DNA of 64,000 bases from Clostridia bacterium (GTDB lineage: Bacteria; Bacillota; Clostridia; CAKSNL01; HGM11501). The stretch covers positions 1-64,000 of the forward strand of contig JAZQAZ010000014.1 of assembly GCA_045545475.1 (NCBI GenBank), given 5' to 3'. This document shows positions 37,701 through 45,140 of the stretch, in pieces (the stretch's first letter is position 1; each line of letters opens with the position of its first letter). Made by a program: the position numbers and the translations under genes. The notes under the pieces were generated by a model. The model saw only the letters and a list, made by a program, of their open reading frames with translations. It did no database searches and had not been told where the DNA came from.

Positions 37701-38477
37701 CCGTCGGCTTTGGTTCCTTCCGCTGAAAAGCTTTATACCACGGGTTATGCATTCAGCAAGTGGGTAGATAAGGAAGGAAATGATATTGATGTCGATGCGG
37801 CTGTAAGTGAAAACACAGAATACTATGCACTATATTCTGAAAAGTCAGAAGAAAATAAGAGATTCAGTACAATCACTGTAAACGGCGGTAAAGTAGTTGC
37901 ATTAGGAAGCGGAAAAGCCGGAGTGACAAGCGGAACATTTGCATATGATACTGTGCTTCGAGCAACTGCTGATGAACCCAATGAGGGCGAAGAGTTCAAG
38001 TACTGGACCTTGGAAGGTAATATCGTAAGCTATGATGAGAAATACAAATTCTATGCTCCCGACGCAGACATCACTCTTACAGCGGTATTCGGACCTAAAG
38101 AAGAAGCGGTTACAGAAAAGGTACAGATAGCAATAACCGAGACATCTGACGTAGTTAATGGTGTAAATGTCGCTGGATTTATCACAACGAGATATGTGCC
38201 TTCCGGAGTTAATGTTATTGAAACCGGTGTTATTTATGTAAAGGATGCAAGCTACGAAGGCTCAGGCGAAGACGGTAAGCTTACTGTAGCTGATGCGGGA
38301 AATACAAGTGCCAACGGAAAGACGGTAAAGGTGGCATTTTCCTCCAAAACGGAATCCGGTCAGCATAAACTTTCTGCAAGCTATACAGATCTTGGTATAA
38401 AGGCGGTTGGTTTCATAACTTATGTTGAAGGTGAGGGCATAACAACACTTTACACAGATATGATAACGGTTAAATAA
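31707..38477 (+). CDS. Giant secreted multidomain protein: ComEC/Pce-like MBL hydrolase, Ig-like repeats, beta-helix-like region, F5/8C-like domains, X2-like domain, InlB-B-like repeats
   Basis: Signal peptide; IDGG, SHAHVDH, NNTS, LNDA, AHHG MBL motifs; two (Y/F)TAP.A....TGEEQELI repeats; YATLQDAINA; FWGSNDGENW; TLTIDATYLKAL. Confidence 0.75.
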   Translation: MRKFISMVLALVMILSCVYINVSANELIASTKVELYQLAPESQSLMESYVIKTDNDKLIVIDGGIDGAGRTLAPYLPAALRAIAGVGEGEYFEVEAWFLSHAHVDHFYELSKMLNEYDENSNYKINNFYFDFPEFGSEEYSGTLGETGDGYLAELKAGLDNYAEVNEIEFDSETYYDEINGAVVNESAISKGLDINIDGVRFEILQTWSAEDGTTEINNTSMIIRMHAAGKTVLFLNDAYIQSGNRLVETYGEDLKSDYVQTAHHGQSGTKQNVYDAVDADFFLWPTPKWIWTNPDSYAIDDVRTWIAGEDYLEVRENDLVAGMYDVYPDDPAVVADWAEALPGMKITFTNEDANYTAPKANKNLKYTGEEQELIAEGSTDIGTMEYCIEGNDYADAIPAAVNAGEYTVYYRITDGENVLVEESISVTIAKAIPEFTAPEAKVLFNTGEEQELIEAGSIAEGEFLYSTDDVDYSAEIPTATESGNYTVYYKVEESENYLEISGSVDVTIGDYKVTFKNGNELAPFDEDALVSVMDGESLASLPYFEAKANTSLAYFKIGDVRFTEEELLSYEVTENTEVLAYFRESAITSCDYDFTTMTEEEFELTVFGMDSDFVLTEGVGIQLSKNTETTYTIPMATDVSESAFSISYGCTGTANTGGFNGHITRGADAVASFYHTANSMVVYGSGATHRFTNVGQVDDGTRHTVEYIIDLENEMQYMIVDGYAGIVPAEGAYSIRGNRKPDLLKIIEKAGGSLIIDSFSIKRFDDAKARKVTLAAGEGVTAVNFLNRTENATYDNSYIYMVEGTKVPVGATMDEETAFSSWEATSGSFSDETAMKAVYTAGSANATVTAEGEAPQISEGDVAKIGRVGYATLQDAINAVGDGQTITLLSDETVTTTLLLNTGNSFTIDGAGFDLIFGMSDKTVNCVYVSADTKVLFKNIDIYRNNTTTNNYGFFYISTGSITLGDGAVLGSTSVQMVQGNGGIIWVQKASTDTGTGKAYFTLNGEGAKIQNVKGSWQKGLFDGSNATEVNLLKGTIENCTHGTAMVGERGNFIVNLGDVTIINSKEPTVNGNSNTTVNITGSGTLGTVKASSAKISFKKSLTYGPSSLTYQGSDFTGSVVFNVTDTTVPASYAKIESGMKVGGDIKSTDGKTFRVDADGNLVMSSFVETGYELEISNTQNNGLYNAVFVVPARDNMEIESVTYVDTFGNTLDGKAATKITPNDDGITMTVTIAGDYTKENGYTDWVDGTYATKYGETHFVFGNTVYNWQAGDIVSPDFFKGIFIREVLGDGAGDHIINVKFADGETLEFNVKTNLQWVELTAPAAVKETEYTDEITPIAGWKTAATTVSNNLTKAFDGYSEYLIKKHAFTDASGNAMSVNNRFETDFISQVVKTASGNATIPSGSKYVSSITQVLLYPALRMDFFVDTIDGLDTSGIRIYPRINSYNENKASGSGRGVPSKIVFWGSNDGENWDNLGTYNFNSTLEEKTALFGKNVRYRYYKGSILEVNGNTYKQTANISELVFIKPETELKSNTALTFDTAEENAIEFTFKTYLEETIESLKDKSGNDAEFTFENDTLTIDATYLKALTDGTYEFTAKFTNGAEFALTIIKTDATEVTYLLADSGEMGRGTNELVLASVSGKEIKKVTYNGGKALSYTASDDNKTIAIARYDFRGGMDLYATMTLEEDGLVPVVVTYSDDTTKTYNVTISSDWVGIPAPHPEATFLSDELKPKAGEWKVRTSSANTAHNHPANLFTGKLYNEKNKNNWHTGYTLVDGAPIADTELDQYIDVDFGANVKPYKGIRITERVSGSRYENITLYGKNSDGEEWTLLYSGSADAVAPSANEILFEEAVNYRYLRMKINGRDNHVTADIMRIINGVEEGQVNIKVTPTTGGNVTVTTGGTTAPSLGDNYVEANTNVTFTATSDESGEFCYWIEASTGKILGKKATLNVNTAIGKDIKAVFASPADTEAFVSFYGIEKGSILATGYVKKNDAPSALVPSAEKLYTTGYAFSKWVDKEGNDIDVDAAVSENTEYYALYSEKSEENKRFSTITVNGGKVVALGSGKAGVTSGTFAYDTVLRATADEPNEGEEFKYWTLEGNIVSYDEKYKFYAPDADITLTAVFGPKEEAVTEKVQIAITETSDVVNGVNVAGFITTRYVPSGVNVIETGVIYVKDASYEGSGEDGKLTVADAGNTSANGKTVKVAFSSKTESGQHKLSASYTDLGIKAVGFITYVEGEGITTLYTDMITVK

Positions 38478-38486
38478 TCATAAATT

Positions 38487-38519
38487 AAAAGAACGCAGAA
38501 TTATATCTGCGTTCTTTTT
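38487..38519 (+). terminator. Rho-independent terminator
   Basis: AAAAGAACGCAGA-N7-TCTGCGTTCTTTTT. Confidence 0.85.
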
Positions 38520-38542
38520 ACATGTAAATGAATAAAAAGATA

Positions 38543-38571
38543 TTGGCAAAAGTATATTTTTGTGGTAAAAT
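38543..38571 (+). promoter_or_regulatory. Sigma-A promoter of rlmD
   Basis: TTGGCA-N17-TAAAAT with extended -10 TG. Confidence 0.6.
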
Positions 38572-38600
38572 AAATTAATTATATAATGAGGCGGATTTTT

Positions 38601-39932
38601 ATGGAAATAAACAAGAATGATGAAGTAAGAATTTATATAGACGGATATACCTCGGAGGGTGCCGGTGTTGGCAGAATAGGTAAATATCCTATATTTATAC
38701 CAAACACTGTGCGGGGAGATTATATCCTTTGCCGTATAGTTAAACCCGGCAAAACCTTTGCGTGGGGTAAGTGTATGGAAATCCTTACGCCCTCAGAGGA
38801 AAGGATAGAGGCAGTCTGCCCTCACTTTTACGAGTGCGGCGGTTGTGCCATTATGCATATGTCGGAAAAGGAGCGTGCCTTTTTCAAAAAGGACAAGGTA
38901 AAAAACGCCTTTTCCCATATAGCGGGGATGGATATAGAAGTGGCAGATACTGCAATTGGTGAAGAGACAGGCTATCGCAACAAAACACAGATGCCGGTTT
39001 CAAGCGATTATACTCAGGCTATGTACAAAAATCGTACCAATATCAAGGTAAGTGTGCCCCATTGCGTTATTCAGGACGAAGAGGCAAAGAAAGTGACGGA
39101 AATAATTATTTCTTATCTTAAGGAGAAGAAAATCCCGCCTTATGAGCCTACGGAAAAACGGGGCGTTGTCCGCCATGTGTATACCAGGGTTTCAAAATCA
39201 ACAGGCGAAATACTGGCTATAGTAATAGCGACTGAAAAAATCGACCTTACGGATATTGAAGCCCCCCTTCGTAAAGCGAATGTGACAGGATTGGTTCTTA
39301 ACATTAACGAAAAGCATACAAATACCATCCTTGGAGATAAATCTATTACGGTTTTCGGTAAAAACTTTATAACCGACCGCCTTTGCGGAACGGATTTTGA
39401 CATTTATCCCGACTCCTTTTTTCAGGTAAATAAGTACCTAACGGAGCAGCTTTACAATAAGGCTGTAAAGCTCTGTCATTTGACAGGCAAGGAAACGGTA
39501 TTCGATCTTTATTGCGGAGCGGGCACGATAACTGCAGCACTTTCAAAGGGTGCTGAAAAAGTAATCGGTGTTGAAATTGTACCCTCTGCCGTAAAATCTG
39601 CAAAATACAGTCTGGAGCGTGCCGGCATTACCAATGCTGAAATTTACGAGGGATCATCAGAAGTTGTGGCACCAAAGCTTATAGAAGAAGGAGAAAAGGC
39701 GGACGTTGTAGTTGTTGATCCGCCCAGAAAAGGCTGCGGAGAGGAGCTTCTTTCCTCAATAGCCAAAATGAAGCCGGAAAGAATCGTTTACGTATCCTGC
39801 GATGTTGCAACATTAGCACGTGATGCAAAGTATTTATCCGAACACGGCTATAAGGTCGAGAAAGCTTATCCTTTTGACATGTTTCCTTTTACATACCATG
39901 TAGAGACGATTGCTTTGCTTAAGCTTAAATGA
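38601..39932 (+). CDS. rlmD: 23S rRNA (uracil-1939-C5)-methyltransferase
   Basis: TRAM domain, CPHFYECGGC Fe-S motif, SFFQVN, DLYCGAG, VVDPPRKG, YVSCD, DMFPFTYHVE. Confidence 0.96.
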   Translation: MEINKNDEVRIYIDGYTSEGAGVGRIGKYPIFIPNTVRGDYILCRIVKPGKTFAWGKCMEILTPSEERIEAVCPHFYECGGCAIMHMSEKERAFFKKDKVKNAFSHIAGMDIEVADTAIGEETGYRNKTQMPVSSDYTQAMYKNRTNIKVSVPHCVIQDEEAKKVTEIIISYLKEKKIPPYEPTEKRGVVRHVYTRVSKSTGEILAIVIATEKIDLTDIEAPLRKANVTGLVLNINEKHTNTILGDKSITVFGKNFITDRLCGTDFDIYPDSFFQVNKYLTEQLYNKAVKLCHLTGKETVFDLYCGAGTITAALSKGAEKVIGVEIVPSAVKSAKYSLERAGITNAEIYEGSSEVVAPKLIEEGEKADVVVVDPPRKGCGEELLSSIAKMKPERIVYVSCDVATLARDAKYLSEHGYKVEKAYPFDMFPFTYHVETIALLKLK

Positions 39933-39945
39933 GAGGGGGACAGAT

Positions 39946-40638
39946 GTGGGCTATACAAAAGAAAAGATTATTGAAAAATGCGAAAAAGCATTTTGCGATA
40001 TAAAGACTTTTTATAAAAAAGATTTTATAAATTACGGCGGACGTACAACTGATACGGATGAATATTATACAGAGGTTGTAGCGGAGTTTCTTATTAAGCG
40101 TATTGCACAATACGTCAAAGGTATTCCTGAGATAACAAGAGAAAGCACATATAAAACGCCGACTCATGACGGAATGTATGATGAAAATACGCCCCGTGAG
40201 GAAGAAAAAATTGCAATGGAAATGTTTAATCAGTCAAAAGAAGGTAAGAGTTATAATTTTATAGGGGATATTATTGATTATCAGACACCTCTTAAAAACA
40301 AACGTGAGGATGTTGCGGGGAAGATTGATTTGCTTTCTTATGACGGTAACTTTTTAAGGATTCTGGAACTTAAAAAGCCGTTGAGTGATGAAAGTATGTT
40401 AAGGTGTGTTCTCGAAGGATATACATATCTCAAAACGGTAAATAAGAAAAAATTACTTGAAGATTTCACCTTGCCTGCAGAAACAGAAGTTGTTGCTTGT
40501 CCTTTTGTTTTTAAATACGGAAAGCAGCATGAGGAGATGAGCGAGGAAAGACCTTATTTATTTAAGCTTATGGAACTGCTATGCAGCAAGCCATATTATA
40601 TAAAAAAAGAAAAAGACATTTATATTGTGGAGGAATGA
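39946..40638 (+). CDS. Hypothetical protein with PD-(D/E)xK nuclease-like motif
   Basis: EEKIA...DYQTPLK...GKIDLL...ILELK; GAGGGGG RBS before GTG39946. Confidence 0.55.
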   Translation: MGYTKEKIIEKCEKAFCDIKTFYKKDFINYGGRTTDTDEYYTEVVAEFLIKRIAQYVKGIPEITRESTYKTPTHDGMYDENTPREEEKIAMEMFNQSKEGKSYNFIGDIIDYQTPLKNKREDVAGKIDLLSYDGNFLRILELKKPLSDESMLRCVLEGYTYLKTVNKKKLLEDFTLPAETEVVACPFVFKYGKQHEEMSEERPYLFKLMELLCSKPYYIKKEKDIYIVEE

Positions 40639-40642
40639 GTTT

Positions 40643-41284
40643 ATGAAAAAGTTATTGGAAAAGAGCGATTTATTAGCAGGGATATTTGCAGTGATTGCGG
40701 TGGTTGCTATAATGTGCGAGGTGGTCTTTGGGGGATTCACAAAAGAAAGTGTTGTGGGCGGAATAAAAGATATAATGGGAATTACAGTAGATATTTTGGT
40801 GTTACTTGTGGCGGCAAGTGCGCTTATTCGTAAACCGTTGAATTTCAGGAAGGCATTTACGGAAGCGATGAATGAAATAACAGAAAAATATAACCCTCTT
40901 CTTATCGAAGATAAAAAAGAGGATGTTATCAGATATAGGATTGCAAGTAATTCGGATGCTTTATTTACAGGGGAAGCCAAGGATCCCGAAAGAGTGTTTG
41001 AACTTGAAAAAAATAAACCTGAAGAAATTCGTTTTTATGTTAACAAAAGCTTTTTTGATCATAAGGGTGGAGAAGATTTTGATGCTGAATTAATAGCAAA
41101 CCAAATTTCTGTAAGGTTGGCAGCTGTATACAAAAACTACAATATTTTACCGTTTGAAAATAAAAAGAATTATGGCATTAAAGTGAATTTCACTCGTACG
41201 ATGAATAAGAGAGAGGATATTGACGAGATTGTATCCTTGATAGATTACGCTTTGTTTTTATTTGTTGCAAGGAATAAATCATGA
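40643..41284 (+). CDS. Hypothetical protein with two N-terminal transmembrane helices
   Basis: LLAGIFAVIAVVAIMCEVVF and ITVDILVLLVAASALI, then a soluble domain; GGAGG RBS inside the upstream gene. Confidence 0.7.
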   Translation: MKKLLEKSDLLAGIFAVIAVVAIMCEVVFGGFTKESVVGGIKDIMGITVDILVLLVAASALIRKPLNFRKAFTEAMNEITEKYNPLLIEDKKEDVIRYRIASNSDALFTGEAKDPERVFELEKNKPEEIRFYVNKSFFDHKGGEDFDAELIANQISVRLAAVYKNYNILPFENKKNYGIKVNFTRTMNKREDIDEIVSLIDYALFLFVARNKS

Positions 41285-42429
41285 AAATTAAAATTCATCG
41301 TGGACAAAATCAGATAGGCGGCTCTATAATTGAAGTATCAAGCGATAATGCCAGAATATTTTTGGATATTGGCATTGAACTGGACGAGGATAAAGAGATT
41401 GAAGTGCCAAAGATAGAAGGCTTGTTTTGCGGAACTAAAAACTGTGACGCTGTTATAATCACTCATTATCACTCAGACCATATAGGACTTGCGAATTATC
41501 TTCTTTCTGATATTCCTGTTTACATGGGAAATAAGGCATACAAGGTGATGAAAGCGGCCTATGATTACAGAGATATTGAAATGAATTTTACGCCCGACTT
41601 TATTGAAGACGGAAAGATTATTCAGATTAAAGATATTAAAATAACGCCTGTTTCTTGTGACCATTCTGCTTTTGATTCGTATATGCTTTTGATAGAACAC
41701 GGCGAAGAGAAAACCTTATATACGGGGGATTTCAGAGGAAACGGCAGAATGGATTTTGAAAAGATTATTGGAAAACTGCCATGTGTGGATAATTTGATTA
41801 TTGAAGGAACAACACTTTCACGCAAAGATAATATGGAAAATATACAGGAAGAAAAGCTGGAAGATATTGCTGTAGAATATCTTGATAAGCATAAGGGACC
41901 TGCGTTTATTATGATGTCGGCTATGAATATAGATAGGGTTGTAACAGCTAAAAATATTGCAAAAAGAACAAACCGATTATTTTTGGAGGATATTTATACT
42001 GCCGATATTATGACATCAATAGGGATGGATATAGAAAATACAGGCGTGTTTATGACAGGCGGAGATAAGCAGTATGAAAAACTGCAAAGGTATCCCGACA
42101 TAAAAATCGGCAAAAAAAGAATTGCAGAAACTCATTTTGTTATGTGCGTCAGAGCATCAATGAAAAACTATTTGTCTAAATTGAATGAGTTAATGTCCTT
42201 TGAAGATGGAGTGTTGTTCTATGGAATGTGGAAGGGGTATTTAGAAAGACCGGAAACAAAAGAGTTTATTGAGTTCATGGAAAGCAAAGGCGTGAAAGTT
42301 CATATTCTTCATACAAGTGGCCATGCTGATAGTATGACTATAAAAAGGTTGATCGAGGCTGTTAAGCCTGGAAAGATAATTCCGGTTCATACTGAAAATG
42401 CGAAATGGTTTGAAAACTATAAATATTAA
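41281..42429 (+). CDS. MBL-fold beta-CASP nuclease, short RNase J-like
   Basis: HRGQNQIGGS, LDIG, THYHSDH, DHS, YTGDFR, IEGT, HTSGHA, IPVHTE. Confidence 0.88.
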   Translation: MKIKIHRGQNQIGGSIIEVSSDNARIFLDIGIELDEDKEIEVPKIEGLFCGTKNCDAVIITHYHSDHIGLANYLLSDIPVYMGNKAYKVMKAAYDYRDIEMNFTPDFIEDGKIIQIKDIKITPVSCDHSAFDSYMLLIEHGEEKTLYTGDFRGNGRMDFEKIIGKLPCVDNLIIEGTTLSRKDNMENIQEEKLEDIAVEYLDKHKGPAFIMMSAMNIDRVVTAKNIAKRTNRLFLEDIYTADIMTSIGMDIENTGVFMTGGDKQYEKLQRYPDIKIGKKRIAETHFVMCVRASMKNYLSKLNELMSFEDGVLFYGMWKGYLERPETKEFIEFMESKGVKVHILHTSGHADSMTIKRLIEAVKPGKIIPVHTENAKWFENYKY

Positions 42430-42493
42430 AGGCTTTCTTCATTATTAAAAGCCGCAGGCAACATTTCTGATAATGGAGCTAAGGGGAGAGGTA

Positions 42494-43096
42494 ATGACTG
42501 ATTTGTTGAAAGAAAAAGCAAGCGAAATAATATCGTTGATTAATGATATTCCGGGAGTTAAAAATTGTACTCTTTACGGAAGCATTGCAAAAGATACATA
42601 TGATGAATTGTCAGATATTGACATAGAGATAGATGTTTCGGGGATGGATAACGGACTCTTTATGCTGAAAATTTCAGAGCTTCTCAAGGATAAAATGGAT
42701 ATTTATTATGCTGATTATGCTCCGAGCCTTGCTCCCGACAAATACATCGTGTCACTTGCAATTGATAAGGATAATCCGTTTCTTATTCTTGATTTGTGTA
42801 TTGTTGCAAATCCCCACTGCACTACTGTTACGAAAGAAGATGTAATGGGTAAAAACGGAAAATACACTCATACATTAAAGCTGTGGACAGCAAACCTCAA
42901 GCATTATGTAAGAGGGAATGAGTGCCTGAAAGATATTTTGAAGATGGCAAAGAAAATCGGGATAGAAGATGCAGAAGACAGAAAAGAAGCTGAACTGCTT
43001 TTGGAAACCTTGCACTATCTTGAGGCAAATGTTCCGAGCGGTCTTTCGGAAGTTGTGAAATCCTGCAGAATGGTTTTTGATAAATTGATGAAATAA
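42494..43096 (+). CDS. Nucleotidyltransferase (DNA pol-beta superfamily) with helical C-terminal domain
   Basis: LYGSIAKDTYDELSDIDI (GS-x-DxD) and a third Asp in ILDL. Confidence 0.75.
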   Translation: MTDLLKEKASEIISLINDIPGVKNCTLYGSIAKDTYDELSDIDIEIDVSGMDNGLFMLKISELLKDKMDIYYADYAPSLAPDKYIVSLAIDKDNPFLILDLCIVANPHCTTVTKEDVMGKNGKYTHTLKLWTANLKHYVRGNECLKDILKMAKKIGIEDAEDRKEAELLLETLHYLEANVPSGLSEVVKSCRMVFDKLMK

Positions 43097-43108
43097 CAGG
43101 TGAAGAAA

Positions 43109-43675
43109 ATGGAAAAGCAAAAAAAGAGCGGCCCCGCCATATTTATGTATATTGTTATCGGTATGACAGCCGTGGCATCTGCCGTCTGCCTTTATCTGTA
43201 CTATGGAGGAATTAATAAAAGCGATGCAATTCTCTGGGCAGGCATTGTGTCTTTTATGATAATGTATCATCTTTGGACAAGAATCATAATGGGGAATGTT
43301 TCAAAGCTTTTCAAAATAAATATGGATAATGCCTGGTTTTCGGAAAAGCCCTTTGAGAAAAAGCTCTATGAGCTATTGAGGGTTAAAAAGTGGAAAGATA
43401 AGGCTCTTACATACAATCCCGAAGCCTTTTCATTTAAGAAGCATACCCAGGAAGAAATCGTTTATGTTATGACAAAATCGGAAGTAGACCACTGGATAAA
43501 CGAAATAATCTCACTTACAAGTATTTTGTTTTCCCTTATCTGGGGTAAGGCGTGGATATTTTGTATAACTGCAGCTTTAGCTATGATTTTTGATGCACAG
43601 TTCATCATAATTCAGCGATATAACCGCCCCAGGCTTTTAAGAATTATTGAAAAGAAAAAAGGAAGAAGCATATGA
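43109..43675 (+). CDS. Membrane protein, CrtO (glycosyl-4,4'-diaponeurosporenoate acyltransferase)-like family
   Basis: VKKWKDK, E..H, IIQRYNRPRL signature; about 4 TM. Confidence 0.65.
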   Translation: MEKQKKSGPAIFMYIVIGMTAVASAVCLYLYYGGINKSDAILWAGIVSFMIMYHLWTRIIMGNVSKLFKINMDNAWFSEKPFEKKLYELLRVKKWKDKALTYNPEAFSFKKHTQEEIVYVMTKSEVDHWINEIISLTSILFSLIWGKAWIFCITAALAMIFDAQFIIIQRYNRPRLLRIIEKKKGRSI

Positions 43676-44604
43676 ACCTTTATTATGCACCCTTAGAGGG
43701 AATAAGCCTTCGGGTTTTAAGGCGTGTACACAGCGAAGTTTTCGGCTATTGCGATGCTTATTTTGCACCTTTCATAAGCCCCGGAGACCAAGAACGGGTG
43801 AACAGGAAAGGCATGAGGGATATTGCCCCGGAAGAGAATAAAGAAATAAAACCTAAAATTCAGGTGCTTACAGGGTGTGCAGAATCATTTCTGCGTTTTG
43901 CCGAAAATGTAAAAGCACTTGGCTATGATGAAATAAACATAAATATGGGTTGCCCCGTTCAGATGGTTACAAAAAAAGGAAGAGGCTCCGGTATTTTGAG
44001 AGAACCGGAGGCCCTGGATAATTTCCTTTCAGAAATCTTTTCTATTAGTGACGTGAAAATTTCAATCAAGACCAGAATAGGCTTTTATTCAGCAGATGAA
44101 CTACCACGCCTTATTGAAATATTCAATAAATATCCCATTTCCGAGCTTATGGTTCATCCAAGAATCCGTGAACAGTTTTACAAAGGTGTGCCTGACATGG
44201 ATGCTTTTTTATATGCATATAATAATTATAAAGGCAGGCTTTGCTATAACGGGGATATATGGAATAAAGAGGACTTTGACGCTATAGAGAATACATACCC
44301 TGACCTTTCGGGTGTTATGATAGGTCGTGGAGCGGTTAAAAATCCCGCCATATTCAGAGAGATAAAGGGAGGAAAAGGTTTAAGCACAGAAGAACTTTGC
44401 ACCTTTACCGAAAGAATGGCAAAAGAGTGGTATGAGGTATTGAAATCAGAAACCTACACTCTTTACAAGCTTAAGGAACTCTGGGGATATATGAGCCTCA
44501 ATTTTCCGGATGAAAAGAAGATAACAAAGGCAATTAAAAAGGCATCAAAACCAGATGAACTTATCGGACTTGCAAAATTATTACCTGACATAAAGAAAGG
44601 CTGA
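43672..44604 (+). CDS. tRNA-dihydrouridine synthase family protein
   Basis: APLEG, ININMGCP, RGSG, KTRIG, VHPR, YNGDI, VMIGRG. Confidence 0.92.
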   Translation: MNLYYAPLEGISLRVLRRVHSEVFGYCDAYFAPFISPGDQERVNRKGMRDIAPEENKEIKPKIQVLTGCAESFLRFAENVKALGYDEININMGCPVQMVTKKGRGSGILREPEALDNFLSEIFSISDVKISIKTRIGFYSADELPRLIEIFNKYPISELMVHPRIREQFYKGVPDMDAFLYAYNNYKGRLCYNGDIWNKEDFDAIENTYPDLSGVMIGRGAVKNPAIFREIKGGKGLSTEELCTFTERMAKEWYEVLKSETYTLYKLKELWGYMSLNFPDEKKITKAIKKASKPDELIGLAKLLPDIKKG

Positions 44605-44608
44605 TTAT

Positions 44609-45136
44609 ATGAATGCGATTGTAATTTATAAAACCAAATACGGAAGCACGAAAACTTATGCCGAATGGATAGCGGAGGAGCTTTCCTGCGACATTAAAGA
44701 GGCAAGGGATGTGAAGGCTGACGACCTGCTTAAGTACGACACCATAATTTACGGCGGTGGGCTTTACGCCGAAATAATCAACGGCGTGTCGCTTATTACC
44801 AAAAATTATGAAAAGCTTAAAGATAAAAAGCTTATTGTATACACAACGGGAATTACCCCGCCTGACTGCAGAGAGTATTATGACGGCGAAGTAATTGAAA
44901 AGAATTTCAAAAACGGACTCGGCAACATAAAGGTGTATAATTATCTTGGTAAAATGATTTTGGATGAGCTTACTCCCGTACACCGTATGGCAATAAAAAC
45001 CCTTAAAAAGATAATGAGTGCCAAGGAAAATCCCAGAGAAATAGAAAAGCTTTTAATAAAGCTTTGCGACACCTTTGGGGATTTTACGGATAAAAAGGCT
45101 ATAGGCGATCTTATAGAATATGCAAAAGCGGAGTGA
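44609..45136 (+). CDS. Flavodoxin-domain protein (Flavodoxin_5/HemG-like)
   Basis: YKTKYGSTKTYAEWIA FMN loop; IYGGGLYA. Confidence 0.85.
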   Translation: MNAIVIYKTKYGSTKTYAEWIAEELSCDIKEARDVKADDLLKYDTIIYGGGLYAEIINGVSLITKNYEKLKDKKLIVYTTGITPPDCREYYDGEVIEKNFKNGLGNIKVYNYLGKMILDELTPVHRMAIKTLKKIMSAKENPREIEKLLIKLCDTFGDFTDKKAIGDLIEYAKAE

Positions 45137-45140
45137 TGAA

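Noticed and set aside
39890-42493. att-type direct repeats bounding the post-rlmD cassette
   Set aside because: Only a weak resemblance (AGCTTAAATGAGAGG versus AGCTAAGGGGAGAGG) and no recombinase, so it is not called as a mobile element.
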